Positions 9,241 through 18,854 of a stretch of 58,467 nt of DNA are shown piece after piece; position 1 is the stretch's first letter, and each line of letters starts with the position of its first letter. Under the pieces are notes generated by a model that worked only from the letters and a program-made list of their open reading frames with translations, was not told the DNA's origin and did not search any database. The stretch is from an uncultured Alphaproteobacteria bacterium. GTDB taxonomy: Bacteria; Pseudomonadota; Alphaproteobacteria; CAAHEQ01; UBA3637. The DNA lies in contig CASDQF010000022.1 in NCBI GenBank assembly GCA_949282845.1, positions 1 through 58,467 on the forward strand, written 5' to 3'. The translations under genes were made by a program, and so were the position numbers.

Positions 9241-10439
9241 TGAGAAGAAAATTGATAAAAGCCATAACTTGCTTTATTCCAAACAAAACAACGCGTCACA
9301 AAGCACAGTCTTTTTTAACATCTCTTTTAACAAAAGAAAATGTTTCCTTCGTAACTGCACCTGATGCGCCTTGGGCTCTCGTTTCCTATTTAATAGACTG
9401 GGCTTTAGAACCAAAGAAAAAGAACCTTTTTCAATATCATTCTAACCGTTGGGAAAATAAAGAGCTTGTCCATTCTCTTATGAAACTAGGGTATAACGTC
9501 GATGTGATTTTTTATAAAAATCACTTCTTTAAACCTAAAAAAGATTACCGTGTTATTATTGACTTAGGTGCACATTTTAATTTTTGGAATTTACCATCAA
9601 CATGCTTTAAAATACAATATCTAACAAGCAGTGATCCTTTCTATCAGAATCAAAAAGAACAACAAAGATGCCAATCTCTTAATCAACGTAGAAAAGCTTG
9701 TTGTCAACCTAAGCGTTTTTTAGATGATGCTCAAAAATTGAGAGTCTCTTTAGAAAAAGCGGATGCCGCTATTTTACTCGGAAATAAACACACACTAAGC
9801 ACTTATCCTCCAGAATTACATTCAAAAATTCATCTATTAGATCTCACCGGTTCAGATTTAACGTACACAGCAAAACAAAAAGATTTCATCCCGCCCCCTT
9901 CAGATAGAGGCATTTTATGGATTGGAGGCGCAGGAGTTATTTTAAAAGGATTAGATCTTCTTTTGGAAGTTTTTTCAAAACATCCTGAATGGCATTTACA
10001 TATTGCAGGAAAAATCCAGTCAGAAAAAGATTTTGTAGAAGTCTATCAAAAAGAATTATTTGAAACAAAAAATATTCACTGTTACGGCTTAGTTCAACCA
10101 AATTCAGATTTGTTTAAACAAATTTTATCAAAATGCGTTGCCTTCGTAAATGCCTCTGGCTCAGAAGCGACATCAACCGCTGCCATTACAGCATTAAATG
10201 CAGGATTATATCCTATTATTAGCCGAGACACCGGAATTGACCTACCGAAAGGAAAAGGTATTTATCTTGAAACATGCTCTATCCCTGAAATTGAAGAAAC
10301 ATTAAAGTCCTTTTTTGAAAAAGACATGACGCAAGTGGAAAATGATATTCGCTTTTTACAAAGTTACTTTACAAAGCGTTACTCTCGCGATAATTTTTCA
10401 AAAAATAGCTTTGCTTTATTAAAAAAATTACTGCATTAA
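9240..10439 (+). CDS. GT-B glycosyltransferase (GT4-like C-terminal half)
   Basis: Track ORF trimmed to the ATG at 9240 (TAATG overlap with the upstream stop). The C-terminal half, GGAGVILKGLDLLLEVF...HLHIAGK...ASGSEATSTAAITALNAGLYPI, resembles a GT1/GT4 Rossmann domain. Confidence 0.6.
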   Translation: MRRKLIKAITCFIPNKTTRHKAQSFLTSLLTKENVSFVTAPDAPWALVSYLIDWALEPKKKNLFQYHSNRWENKELVHSLMKLGYNVDVIFYKNHFFKPKKDYRVIIDLGAHFNFWNLPSTCFKIQYLTSSDPFYQNQKEQQRCQSLNQRRKACCQPKRFLDDAQKLRVSLEKADAAILLGNKHTLSTYPPELHSKIHLLDLTGSDLTYTAKQKDFIPPPSDRGILWIGGAGVILKGLDLLLEVFSKHPEWHLHIAGKIQSEKDFVEVYQKELFETKNIHCYGLVQPNSDLFKQILSKCVAFVNASGSEATSTAAITALNAGLYPIISRDTGIDLPKGKGIYLETCSIPEIEETLKSFFEKDMTQVENDIRFLQSYFTKRYSRDNFSKNSFALLKKLLH

Positions 10440-10470
10440 ATAACACTTTTATCTATAAAACAGAGGAAAA

Positions 10471-11331
10471 ATGAAAATTTCAATTATAACGACATGCTTC
10501 AACTGTGAAAAATATATTGCAGAAACATTAGAAAGTGTTTTATCTCAAAAGGGTTCTTTTGAGCTTGAATATATTGTTGTTGATGGAAAATCTCAAGATA
10601 AGAGCCTACCCATTATTTTATCCTATCAAGAACGTTTAAAAAAGGGCTTTTATGGCAAAAATCCTCGTTGCGAAATGCATGTCTTATCAGAAAAAGACAA
10701 CAGTATGTATGAAGGAATTGCTAAGGGATTTCAATTAGCAACTGGAGATATTATTGCTTACATTAATGCTGATGATTATTATTTCCCTCATGCCTTTGAA
10801 TTTGTTGTTTCTATTTTTGAAAAATATCCTCACATTTCATGGATTTGCGGACGGCAATGTACAACTGATAAAAAAGGAAATGTCACATTCAACATGCTTC
10901 CCTTTGAATATCAAAGAGAAAGTATCTTAAAAGGTTATTATGGGCGTCAACTTCCTTTCATACAACAGGAAACTACCTTTTGGAGACGCTCCTTAATGCA
11001 AGATTTTGATTATAATCGTTTTTCTTCCTTCCGACTGGCCGGAGATTTTTATTTATGGTGGTGCTTTGCTCAAAAAGAAGAGCTTTATATTGTAAATACT
11101 TTTTTAGCTGCCGCACGAACAAGACCTGGTCAATTATCTGAAAAAATGTCTCAATATAGAGATGAAATGGCAACTCTTTGTGGTAAAGAAAAAACTTCTT
11201 TAAAAAACTTTTATTATTTTTGGCGTCAAAGACACCTTTGGCGAAAAAAAGATAAATATAAATTTCGCCATTCTGATAGAATTATCTTTTATACAAAAAA
11301 AGAAGGCTGGCATCTATCCAAAAAAATATAA
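10471..11331 (+). CDS. Glycosyltransferase family 2
   Basis: KISIITTCFNCEKYI...VVDGKSQDKS...INADDYY motifs. Confidence 0.85.
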   Translation: MKISIITTCFNCEKYIAETLESVLSQKGSFELEYIVVDGKSQDKSLPIILSYQERLKKGFYGKNPRCEMHVLSEKDNSMYEGIAKGFQLATGDIIAYINADDYYFPHAFEFVVSIFEKYPHISWICGRQCTTDKKGNVTFNMLPFEYQRESILKGYYGRQLPFIQQETTFWRRSLMQDFDYNRFSSFRLAGDFYLWWCFAQKEELYIVNTFLAAARTRPGQLSEKMSQYRDEMATLCGKEKTSLKNFYYFWRQRHLWRKKDKYKFRHSDRIIFYTKKEGWHLSKKI

Positions 11332-11408
11332 TCATATGTATGTATAAATACTTTTATAATTTTATTAAAATATTATATTAAATAAAGTAAATAATGTTTT
11401 TTTTCCTC

Positions 11409-11436
11409 TTGCTTTTCCTTTTTTCTTGATTATAAT
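11409..11436 (+). promoter_or_regulatory. Putative sigma70 promoter for the plus-strand sugar-nucleotide operon
   Basis: TTGCTT (11409-11414), a 16-nt spacer, then TATAAT (11431-11436). It lies in the 136-nt AT-rich gap before the nucleotidyltransferase gene. Confidence 0.45.
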
Positions 11437-11467
11437 TCCTGTCATTATTGAAGAAAAAGGATTTACA

Positions 11468-11899
11468 ATGAAAACTTATTATATTGTTAGTGGAGGTTTT
11501 GATCCTATTCATGAAGGACATATTGAAATGATAAAAGCCTCTCAAAGAGAATCTGATGGCGTTATTCTGCTTCTTAACTCTGATGAATGGTTATGTCGCA
11601 AAAAAGGAAAAAATTTTATGAACATAAAAACACGACAAACTATCTGTGAAAATATTAAAGGCGTTGTAGATGTTATTACCTTCGATGATACTGATAATTC
11701 AGCAAATGATGGAATTCGTAAAGCTCGGCAAAAATATCCAACAGATAAATTGATTTTTGCTAATGGAGGAGATCGAACAAAAGAAAATATTCCAGAAATT
11801 GAAATTTGCAAAAAATATCAAGTTGAAATGCGTTTTGGAGTTGGAGGAGAAAATAAAATGAATTCTTCTTCTTGGATTTTAAATAATTGGAAAAAATAG
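11468..11899 (+). CDS. Small cytidylyl/adenylyl-transferase family protein (HxGH nucleotidyltransferase; RfaE-domain-II/TagD-like)
   Basis: Trimmed to the ATG at 11468 (RBS AAGGA upstream; the track start is a TTG). GGFDPIHEGHIEMI is the (T/H)xGH signature. Confidence 0.7.
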   Translation: MKTYYIVSGGFDPIHEGHIEMIKASQRESDGVILLLNSDEWLCRKKGKNFMNIKTRQTICENIKGVVDVITFDDTDNSANDGIRKARQKYPTDKLIFANGGDRTKENIPEIEICKKYQVEMRFGVGGENKMNSSSWILNNWKK

Positions 11900-11907
11900 G
11901 ATAAACA

Positions 11908-13002
11908 ATGACAAAAAAAGTAGCTTTAATTACCGGCGTTACCGGACAAGATGGTTCATATTTAGCTGAGTTACTTCTTGAAAAAGGATACGAAGTACAT
12001 GGCATGAAACGTCGAGCCTCCTCTTTCAATTCTGCTCGAATTGACCACTTATATCAGGATACTCATAACTCCAATCGTAATTTCTATTTACATTATGCAG
12101 ATTTAACCGATACAAGCAATATTATTCGCCTTCTACAAGAGATACAACCAGATGAAATTTATAATTTAGCCGCTCAATCTCATGTAAAGGTTTCTTTTGA
12201 TGTTCCTGAATATACAGCAAATGCTGATGGTATCGGGACCTTACGTTTTCTAGAAGCAATTCGTATCCTTGGCCTAGAAAAGAAAACAAAATTTTATCAA
12301 GCATCTACCTCAGAACTCTATGGTCTTGTCCAAGAAACGCCTCAGAAAGAAACGACACCTTTTTATCCTCGTTCGCCATATGGCTGCGCTAAGCTATATG
12401 CTTATTGGATTACAGTCAATTATCGTGAAAGTTACGGTATGTTTGCCTGCAATGGTATTTTATTTAACCACGAAAGTCCACGTCGCGGAGAAACATTTGT
12501 CACACGTAAAATTACTAGAGCTGCCGCTCGTATTCGCTTAGGAATGCAAGAAAAGTTATATTTGGGCAACTTATCTTCTAAACGTGACTGGGGCCACGCT
12601 AAAGATTATGTAAAAGGAATGTGGTTAATCCTTCAACAAGAAAAGCCTGAAGATTTTGTTTTAGCAACAGGGAAAACAACGACTATTCGTGACTTTTGTA
12701 ATTTAGCTTTTCGAGAACTCGGGTATCAATTAAAGTGGGAAGGGGAAGGTGTTAATGAAAAAGGAATTGATGCTGCTACCGGAAAAGTCTTAATCGAAGT
12801 TGATCCTAAGTATTTCCGTCCCGCAGAAGTCGATTTATTATTAGGAGATCCTAGTAAAGCGCAAAAGAAATTAGGTTGGAAAGCTGAACATTCTTTAGAA
12901 GAACTTGTAAAAGATATGATTGAATCAGATATGAAAGAAGCTATGCGTGAAAAATTCTTAACAGGAAATGGTTATGAAGTTCTGATTCCTCAGGAGGTGT
13001 AA
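11908..13002 (+). CDS. gmd: GDP-mannose 4,6-dehydratase
   Basis: [29 protein letters not shown]..., YxxxK ([10 protein letters not shown]) and [17 protein letters not shown] are textbook Gmd. Confidence 0.95.
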   Translation: MTKKVALITGVTGQDGSYLAELLLEKGYEVHGMKRRASSFNSARIDHLYQDTHNSNRNFYLHYADLTDTSNIIRLLQEIQPDEIYNLAAQSHVKVSFDVPEYTANADGIGTLRFLEAIRILGLEKKTKFYQASTSELYGLVQETPQKETTPFYPRSPYGCAKLYAYWITVNYRESYGMFACNGILFNHESPRRGETFVTRKITRAAARIRLGMQEKLYLGNLSSKRDWGHAKDYVKGMWLILQQEKPEDFVLATGKTTTIRDFCNLAFRELGYQLKWEGEGVNEKGIDAATGKVLIEVDPKYFRPAEVDLLLGDPSKAQKKLGWKAEHSLEELVKDMIESDMKEAMREKFLTGNGYEVLIPQEV

Positions 13003-13007
13003 ATAAT

Positions 13008-14066
13008 ATGGAACAAAATGCAAAAATTTACCTTGCCGGTCATCAAGGATTAGTAGGTTCTGCTATTCATCGTGGTTTAAAAAAAGCCGGTTATACAAAT
13101 ATTATCACTAGAACATTTGCTGAATTAGATTTAACAAATCAAGCACAAACCTTATCTTTTTTTCAACAAGAGAGACCTGATTATGTTCTTTTGGCCGCCG
13201 CAAAGGTTGGAGGAATTATGGCAAATTCAACCTACCCGGCTGAATTTATTTACCAAAATCTAATGATTGCATGCAATGTCATTGATAGTGCTTATAAAAC
13301 AGGAGTAAAAAAACTGTTAAATTTAGGTTCTTCGTGTATTTATCCTCGTATGGCTCCTCAGCCAATGAAGGAGGAAGCCCTTTTAACAGGCGAATTAGAA
13401 AAAACAAACGAAGCGTATGCTCTTGCAAAAATCTCAGCTATCAAACTTTGTCAATACTACAATAAGCAATATGGAACGAACTTTATCTCTGTCATGCCGA
13501 CAAATCAATACGGCCAAGGAGATAATTTTAATATGGAAACAGGTCATTTACTACCGGTTATCATGCGTCGTTTTCATTTAGCAAAGTTGTTGATGCATAA
13601 TGATTGGGATGCGATTAAAACAGATTTAAAGCGCTATAAATTAGGTTGGGGATTAGATGAACATCTTGATTTTAACGACCAAAATAATCTCTTAGCTGCT
13701 TTAGAAAAAGTAGGCGTCTATTCAGATAAAGTTATCATGTGGGGAGATGGATCGGTTTATCGAGAGATGATGTGTTCAGATGACTTAGCAGATGCTTGTA
13801 TTTATCTGATGAATAACAAAGATTATGATGAAATAGGTGAATTTGTTAATATTACAAAAGGTGATGATATTCAATTGAAAAATTTATTTGAATTAACAAA
13901 ACGTATAACAAACTATCAAGGGAAAATTGAGTATGACACTTCAAAGCCAAACGGAACGCCACGAAAGATGATGGACGCTACTCGTATTAAAGCTTTAGGA
14001 TGGGAACCAAAAATTTCCTTAGAAGAAGGCATTAAATCTTTTTATAGTTGGTATCAATCTTTATAA
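13008..14066 (+). CDS. fcl: GDP-L-fucose synthase (GDP-4-keto-6-deoxymannose 3,5-epimerase/4-reductase)
   Basis: KIYLAGHQGLVGSAI..., AAAKVGGI, SSCIYP and YALAKI motifs, immediately after gmd. It appears to carry a ~30-aa insertion relative to the usual ~320 aa. Confidence 0.9.
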   Translation: MEQNAKIYLAGHQGLVGSAIHRGLKKAGYTNIITRTFAELDLTNQAQTLSFFQQERPDYVLLAAAKVGGIMANSTYPAEFIYQNLMIACNVIDSAYKTGVKKLLNLGSSCIYPRMAPQPMKEEALLTGELEKTNEAYALAKISAIKLCQYYNKQYGTNFISVMPTNQYGQGDNFNMETGHLLPVIMRRFHLAKLLMHNDWDAIKTDLKRYKLGWGLDEHLDFNDQNNLLAALEKVGVYSDKVIMWGDGSVYREMMCSDDLADACIYLMNNKDYDEIGEFVNITKGDDIQLKNLFELTKRITNYQGKIEYDTSKPNGTPRKMMDATRIKALGWEPKISLEEGIKSFYSWYQSL

Positions 14067-14078
14067 AGGAAAAAAAGA

Positions 14079-15308
14079 ATGTATGATTATTTGATTATTG
14101 GTGCAGGAGTCACAGGTATTACTTTATGTAAAAAATTAAAAGAAAAAGGCATCCAAAATGTTGTTGTTCTTGAAGCAGGAAAAGAGGCTGGTGGCTTATG
14201 TACAACAAAAGTAATTAATGGTCATGTTTTGGATATTGGCGGCGGGCACTTTTTCGGAACGAAGCATCAAGAAGTTTATGACTATATTTTCAGCCATATT
14301 CCAGAAAGCGAATTTAACTTTATTCCTCGTGTTTCAAAACAATTAATTGGCGAAACAACGATTGATTATCCGATTGAATCCAACTTATGGCAACTGCCTC
14401 AAACCGAACAAATCTCTTATTTAATTTCGGTTATTCGCAATGGCGAATCTTTGGGAAAACCAGAGCCTAAAAATTATGAAGAATGGATACGTTGGAAATT
14501 GGGTGATAAAATCTGTGATACTTATATGATACCTTATAACACAAAGCTCTGGGGTGTCACACCTGCCGAAATGGATGTTGACTGGTTATACAAAATTCCA
14601 CGTGTGAATGTAGAAGAAGTTTTAAAGTACAGTTTAGATCGTAAACAAGATGTCACAAAATTTCCTGCTCATATAGGCTTCTATTACCCTAAGAAAGGCG
14701 GTTTCCAAGCTATCTTTGATGCAATTTACAAAGATGAAGCTTCTAATGTTGTTCTCAATACACCTGTCACTAAAATGCAATATCAAGCAGACGGAACATG
14801 GCTCATCAATGAACAATACCAAGCGAAAAATGTAATTAATACTGCTCCTTGGCCTGATTTATTCAAAGCTCTGGGAGAGCCTTCTGCCTTAAAAGATGAT
14901 TTTGCCAAAATGCAATACAATCGTATTGTTGTATCCTTGTATGAAAAAGACTATGACATCAATTGGCATTGGCGCTATGTTCCAGATATCAATCGCCGTT
15001 ATCATCGTGAATTTTATATTTCTAACTTCGCATTTGATAGCAAAAAAAATGGTATTTACATTGAAACAAATATTAAACGTTTCCAGGGAGATGATCCTAT
15101 TATGGGAACGAAAGCACTGGCTCATTTTGAAACACAAGCAGCTTATCCAATCCCTGTTATCGGACATGCTCAAGCAATTAAGAATGTTCTGGATTATTAT
15201 CATTCTCAACATTTATTTGGCGTCGGAAGATGGGGACAATGGCAATATCAAAATGCAGATGTTTCCATGTATGAAGCAATTAAATTTGTCCAAAATATTA
15301 ATATATAG
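14079..15308 (+). CDS. Flavin-dependent nucleotide-sugar pyranose/furanose mutase-like protein (UDP-galactopyranose mutase family)
   Basis: MYDYLIIGAGVTGITL dinucleotide fold, YMIPYNTKLWG, and a C-terminal YPIPV...LFGVGRWGQWQYQNADVSMYEAIKFV. This parallels E. coli Glf (MYDYIIVGSG..., YTEKQWG, YYPVN...FGGRLAEYKYYDMHQVI). Confidence 0.6.
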   Translation: MYDYLIIGAGVTGITLCKKLKEKGIQNVVVLEAGKEAGGLCTTKVINGHVLDIGGGHFFGTKHQEVYDYIFSHIPESEFNFIPRVSKQLIGETTIDYPIESNLWQLPQTEQISYLISVIRNGESLGKPEPKNYEEWIRWKLGDKICDTYMIPYNTKLWGVTPAEMDVDWLYKIPRVNVEEVLKYSLDRKQDVTKFPAHIGFYYPKKGGFQAIFDAIYKDEASNVVLNTPVTKMQYQADGTWLINEQYQAKNVINTAPWPDLFKALGEPSALKDDFAKMQYNRIVVSLYEKDYDINWHWRYVPDINRRYHREFYISNFAFDSKKNGIYIETNIKRFQGDDPIMGTKALAHFETQAAYPIPVIGHAQAIKNVLDYYHSQHLFGVGRWGQWQYQNADVSMYEAIKFVQNINI

Positions 15309-15317
15309 AGGCGTCTA

Positions 15318-17471
15318 ATGAACGCTCAAGTTAGTATTAATGACTTAAATTCTTTTGTCTGCGACTCAGACACTTATTATTTTGTCTCTCCTTATGGTCT
15401 TGGAGATACTCTTGTTTTGGTGGGGCTTCGAAAAGAAATAGAAAAACAACTAAAAGGAAAAATTCATTTTATTATTAAGGCTTCTCATACAATTATTATG
15501 CAACTATATGGGATTAAAGATTATACAACTATTTCTTTTACTAAGCAATCTCTTTTCCCCTTTGGAGAAAAAACTCCAAAACCACACCTAGGCAAAATAT
15601 TTATTGCTCATCCTGATTTTCATCCATGGGCTAAAGACTTAGTCCGAAAGATGAAAAATCATTGTAAGAATTTAACTTTTCTAAATTGGTATAAAGATTT
15701 TCTAAATCTTCCTTTGACGGCGTCTTTTGAAAAACCTTTAATATATCCCGCTATTTCTGAAAGCTTAAAGAAAAAATTAGATCAATATGGCCCTATAGAA
15801 AAAATTGCACTTCTATTACCCGAAGCTCATTCTATTCCAACCCTTAAACCCTATTTTTGGGAGGAACTAACTAATCAATTAAGACAAAAAGGATATACTG
15901 TTTTATCCAATACATTAGAAAAAAGTTGTTTAATTAAAGATGTGCCAAATATTTCTTTAACTTTAGAAGAGCTTCTTGCATTATCAAAAACTTGTAAAGA
16001 AGTACATGCTTTACGAAGCGGAATATGCGATTTAATTGCTTGCATTCCTCATACAAGTTTATATGTTTACTATCCGACTGATAAAAAAACTTTTTCCGTT
16101 TTTTCCTTGAAAGTTCTATTTAATAAACACAATATTCAAGAGATTATAGTTCCTCATTTCAGTTTTTATAAAAAGAAAAAAATTTATTTATTCGGCGTCA
16201 TTCCTCTATTGCGTTTTAAAGAAAAAAATAATAAAAAGCGCATTTTCTTATTTAACTTTATTCCTTTTTTCAAAAAGGAAACAAAAAAGGATAATTTAAA
16301 GTATGAAATTTTTGGATTTCCTATTTTTAGGAAAAAAAATGAAAAATATAAATTATTGGGTGGAATTATACGCTATGTAAATCACAAAAATTCTTATAAA
16401 ATGAATATTTCTGTTTTGGGTATTCCTTTCTTTAGCCGAAAAGTCAAAAACAAAAAATTAATTATCTCTATTTTGGGCATCAAAGTTTATCATAATAAGA
16501 ATTTTGGAACAGAAGCTTTTAACAACTGGATGTCCTTTTTACGTAAACAAGCCTATGGGCATCCATTCCTTTACCTGAATTATCATTCTGGTGAGAGCTA
16601 TTATATTTTTAGTCTATTAAGAGAGCTCCAAAAAAAACTAAAACAAGAAGTTTTTATTGGTAGTTTTTTCCCTTATACTAAACAAATACTTGAAATGTTT
16701 GGTTTTTCAAAAGACTATATCGATACTCATTTTATTCATATCAAACATTTTACTCCTTCTTCCGGTTTTTTCTATAATGCAAAAGGTAAATTATTAAATT
16801 ACATCACGATTCGTGAAACTAAGCATGGATGGAAAGATCAAGTACATGGTATTCAAACATTTACAGATGATAAAAAACAATGGCATTTTTATCCAATCAA
16901 TCATGTTATTAAAGACTTCTTATTGTTAGACCAAAACACGCCTCATGAACTTCCCCATATTTCTCAACAAGCTATTAAAGAAGCTGAAACAGCATTCAAA
17001 AATTTAAAACTAACCCAAAATAAAGTAATATTTTTATCCCCAGAAACAGACTTTTTTGGAAACTTTCCAATAGAATTGATGGAGAAGTTAATCAACTCCT
17101 TCAGAAAACGTCATTTTGATATCGTTATTAATACGAAAGGAACGGCCTACGATACTGTTCTGAATACTCATGTTCACAAAATTTTCTTAAATTTTTCAGA
17201 AACATTCCATTTCATAGAACTATGTGGTCACTTAGTGGCCGGACGAAGTGGCTTTTCAGAATGTATGCAAGAAACAAAAGCTAAAAAATTTATTTTATAT
17301 TTAGATCGCCATCCAGCTCACTTTTCATTCTTAGTTGACGTTAATAAATGGGTTCAGGAAGTTTACAGTATGAATCTCATTACACAAACAAACAATTTCC
17401 ATGAATACTTTCAAATTCGACCGGAAGATTATGATTCGGTCATAAAAGATATCCTGGAAAAAACAAATTAA
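15318..17471 (+). CDS. Uncharacterised two-module glycan-locus protein (putative glycosyltransferase), modules joined by a Lys-rich repeat linker
   Basis: Residues ~1-280 and ~400-717 are homologous to each other and to the 454-aa neighbour. Shared motifs are G(D/E)(T/S) + hydrophobics, L(L/S)PE(A/T), KGY/RHF-x-V-x-NT, and LRSG/GRSG. Confidence 0.6.
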   Translation: MNAQVSINDLNSFVCDSDTYYFVSPYGLGDTLVLVGLRKEIEKQLKGKIHFIIKASHTIIMQLYGIKDYTTISFTKQSLFPFGEKTPKPHLGKIFIAHPDFHPWAKDLVRKMKNHCKNLTFLNWYKDFLNLPLTASFEKPLIYPAISESLKKKLDQYGPIEKIALLLPEAHSIPTLKPYFWEELTNQLRQKGYTVLSNTLEKSCLIKDVPNISLTLEELLALSKTCKEVHALRSGICDLIACIPHTSLYVYYPTDKKTFSVFSLKVLFNKHNIQEIIVPHFSFYKKKKIYLFGVIPLLRFKEKNNKKRIFLFNFIPFFKKETKKDNLKYEIFGFPIFRKKNEKYKLLGGIIRYVNHKNSYKMNISVLGIPFFSRKVKNKKLIISILGIKVYHNKNFGTEAFNNWMSFLRKQAYGHPFLYLNYHSGESYYIFSLLRELQKKLKQEVFIGSFFPYTKQILEMFGFSKDYIDTHFIHIKHFTPSSGFFYNAKGKLLNYITIRETKHGWKDQVHGIQTFTDDKKQWHFYPINHVIKDFLLLDQNTPHELPHISQQAIKEAETAFKNLKLTQNKVIFLSPETDFFGNFPIELMEKLINSFRKRHFDIVINTKGTAYDTVLNTHVHKIFLNFSETFHFIELCGHLVAGRSGFSECMQETKAKKFILYLDRHPAHFSFLVDVNKWVQEVYSMNLITQTNNFHEYFQIRPEDYDSVIKDILEKTN
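16170..16499 (+). repeat. Six tandem ~16-20 aa coding mini-repeats (Lys-rich spacer plus hydrophobic L/F-G-I/F-P-x-F core)
   Basis: KKKKIYLFGVIPLLRFKE / KNNKKRIFLFNFIPFFKKET / KKDNLKYEIFGFPIFRKK / NEKYKLLGGIIRYVNHK / NSYKMNISVLGIPFFSRKV / KNKKLIISILGIKVYHNK. The units have diverged at the DNA level. Confidence 0.7.
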
Positions 17472-17475
17472 AGAT

Positions 17476-18840
17476 TTATAACAATTTTAAAATATCTTCC
17501 AAACATCTTGGATTTTTTAAATAATCATATTCATGTATTTGTTCAGGATGAATGCCTGGTAATTTAAATAACGTATTACGTAGAATTCGATTATTATTAC
17601 CTTGTATATCCTTATTATAAATCACATGAAATGGTGTATTTATTGTTGTTAATGTTTCTAAAAAACCACTCCTCAAACCAATAATAGCTTTAGCATAAGA
17701 AGCTAGCTCATACGCTTCTTCAAAATCTAAAAAACAACTTTTACATCCCTCTAACTGAGGTGAACAAGTTGTGTTTAAAAATACATCATATCCTTTTCCT
17801 CTCACTTTATCTATAAAATCTTGCCATAAATGATTAGGTATTGGAGAAATTGTTGTAGCCTCTGGAGAAAGAAATATAAAGCGATCTCTATTTAAATTCA
17901 TCTGTAAAAAACGTTGTTGTACACCCCATTTTTTACCGAATGAAATAAATTGAGGCTTTTGAAATAAATATGTTTTTTCAATTGGAAGTCCCATCATCTT
18001 CATAATTAAAGAAAAATAATGAACTTTTTTAACTTCCTCACCATACCACATATCTATTGGTATAATATTTTTAAAATGAACTCCTTTTATATAAGATTTT
18101 TTCTCTATATATCTACAAACATGACGATAATTTTCATTTTTTTCAGGAAAAACAACAACATCTGCCCAAGGAGCATACATAGATATAATTATTTTTTGAT
18201 ATAACCGAGGAACAATAATTTTAGGTCTATTAGGCCTTTCCTTCTGGTAGAAATCCTTTAAAACTTGAGCAACTAAATATGTTTCTCCACTATTCACAAA
18301 AAGAATATATGCATCTTCTCCTCTATGTATATCAGCCTTATGAATCATCTGAGACAAGATTCTTTTATACGGAAGTGCCTTGGATTTAAAAATCTTAATT
18401 CCACATAATTTCCCGATTATAATATTATTTTTTTTCTTTTCTTTATATAATGAAATTCCTAAAACCTTACATATGGTTTTGTTATGTTTTCTTTCTTTTT
18501 CAAAAATAGGAAAACCCAATAAATACATTTTTATTATGTCATTTTTTGCTTTTTGATGCCATATAAAATGTTTAATTTTTTTGTATATAGAAAACTTTTT
18601 TTGTTTTAAAAAACGCTCTATATGCAAACCTAAATCTTCTGTTCTAGGTAATTGTTTTGGAAATACATACCTTTGCATGATTAACACATCTGGCGTCTCT
18701 AAATAAGTTTTTCTAATAAAAGACTGAGCTTTATGAAAAAAATCTTTTTGTTTTGAGATAAGAGAAAAACACTCTTTTTTCTTATCTTCCTTAACACAAT
18801 ATGTATAAATATGAAAAGCATAAAATTGAACAAGAGCCAA
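17476..18840 (-). CDS. Uncharacterised single-module paralogue of the 717-aa protein (putative glycosyltransferase)
   Basis: Carries the same module (SGETYLV..., FLSPEATT, KGYDVFLNT, GLRSGFLE), preceded by 3 mini-repeats. The track start at 18840 is a TTG with no clear RBS, so the true start is uncertain. Confidence 0.55.
   Translation of the reverse strand: MALVQFYAFHIYTYCVKEDKKKECFSLISKQKDFFHKAQSFIRKTYLETPDVLIMQRYVFPKQLPRTEDLGLHIERFLKQKKFSIYKKIKHFIWHQKAKNDIIKMYLLGFPIFEKERKHNKTICKVLGISLYKEKKKNNIIIGKLCGIKIFKSKALPYKRILSQMIHKADIHRGEDAYILFVNSGETYLVAQVLKDFYQKERPNRPKIIVPRLYQKIIISMYAPWADVVVFPEKNENYRHVCRYIEKKSYIKGVHFKNIIPIDMWYGEEVKKVHYFSLIMKMMGLPIEKTYLFQKPQFISFGKKWGVQQRFLQMNLNRDRFIFLSPEATTISPIPNHLWQDFIDKVRGKGYDVFLNTTCSPQLEGCKSCFLDFEEAYELASYAKAIIGLRSGFLETLTTINTPFHVIYNKDIQGNNNRILRNTLFKLPGIHPEQIHEYDYLKNPRCLEDILKLL
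18379..18537 (-). repeat. Three coding mini-repeats of the same LG(I/F)PxF/Lys-rich type
   Basis: IIKMYLLGFPIFEKERK / HNKTICKVLGISLYKEKK / KNNIIIGKLCGIKIFKSK. Confidence 0.65.
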
Positions 18841-18854
18841 TAAAAATTGTGGTT

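Noticed and set aside
16150-16350. Poly-A runs (up to about A8, for example near 16331-16338) in the 717-aa glycan gene as possible slipped-strand phase-variation tracts
   Set aside because: The runs simply encode Lys-rich repeats in an AT-rich genome. They are short for contingency loci, and similar runs occur throughout the window. No evidence of a frameshifted state.
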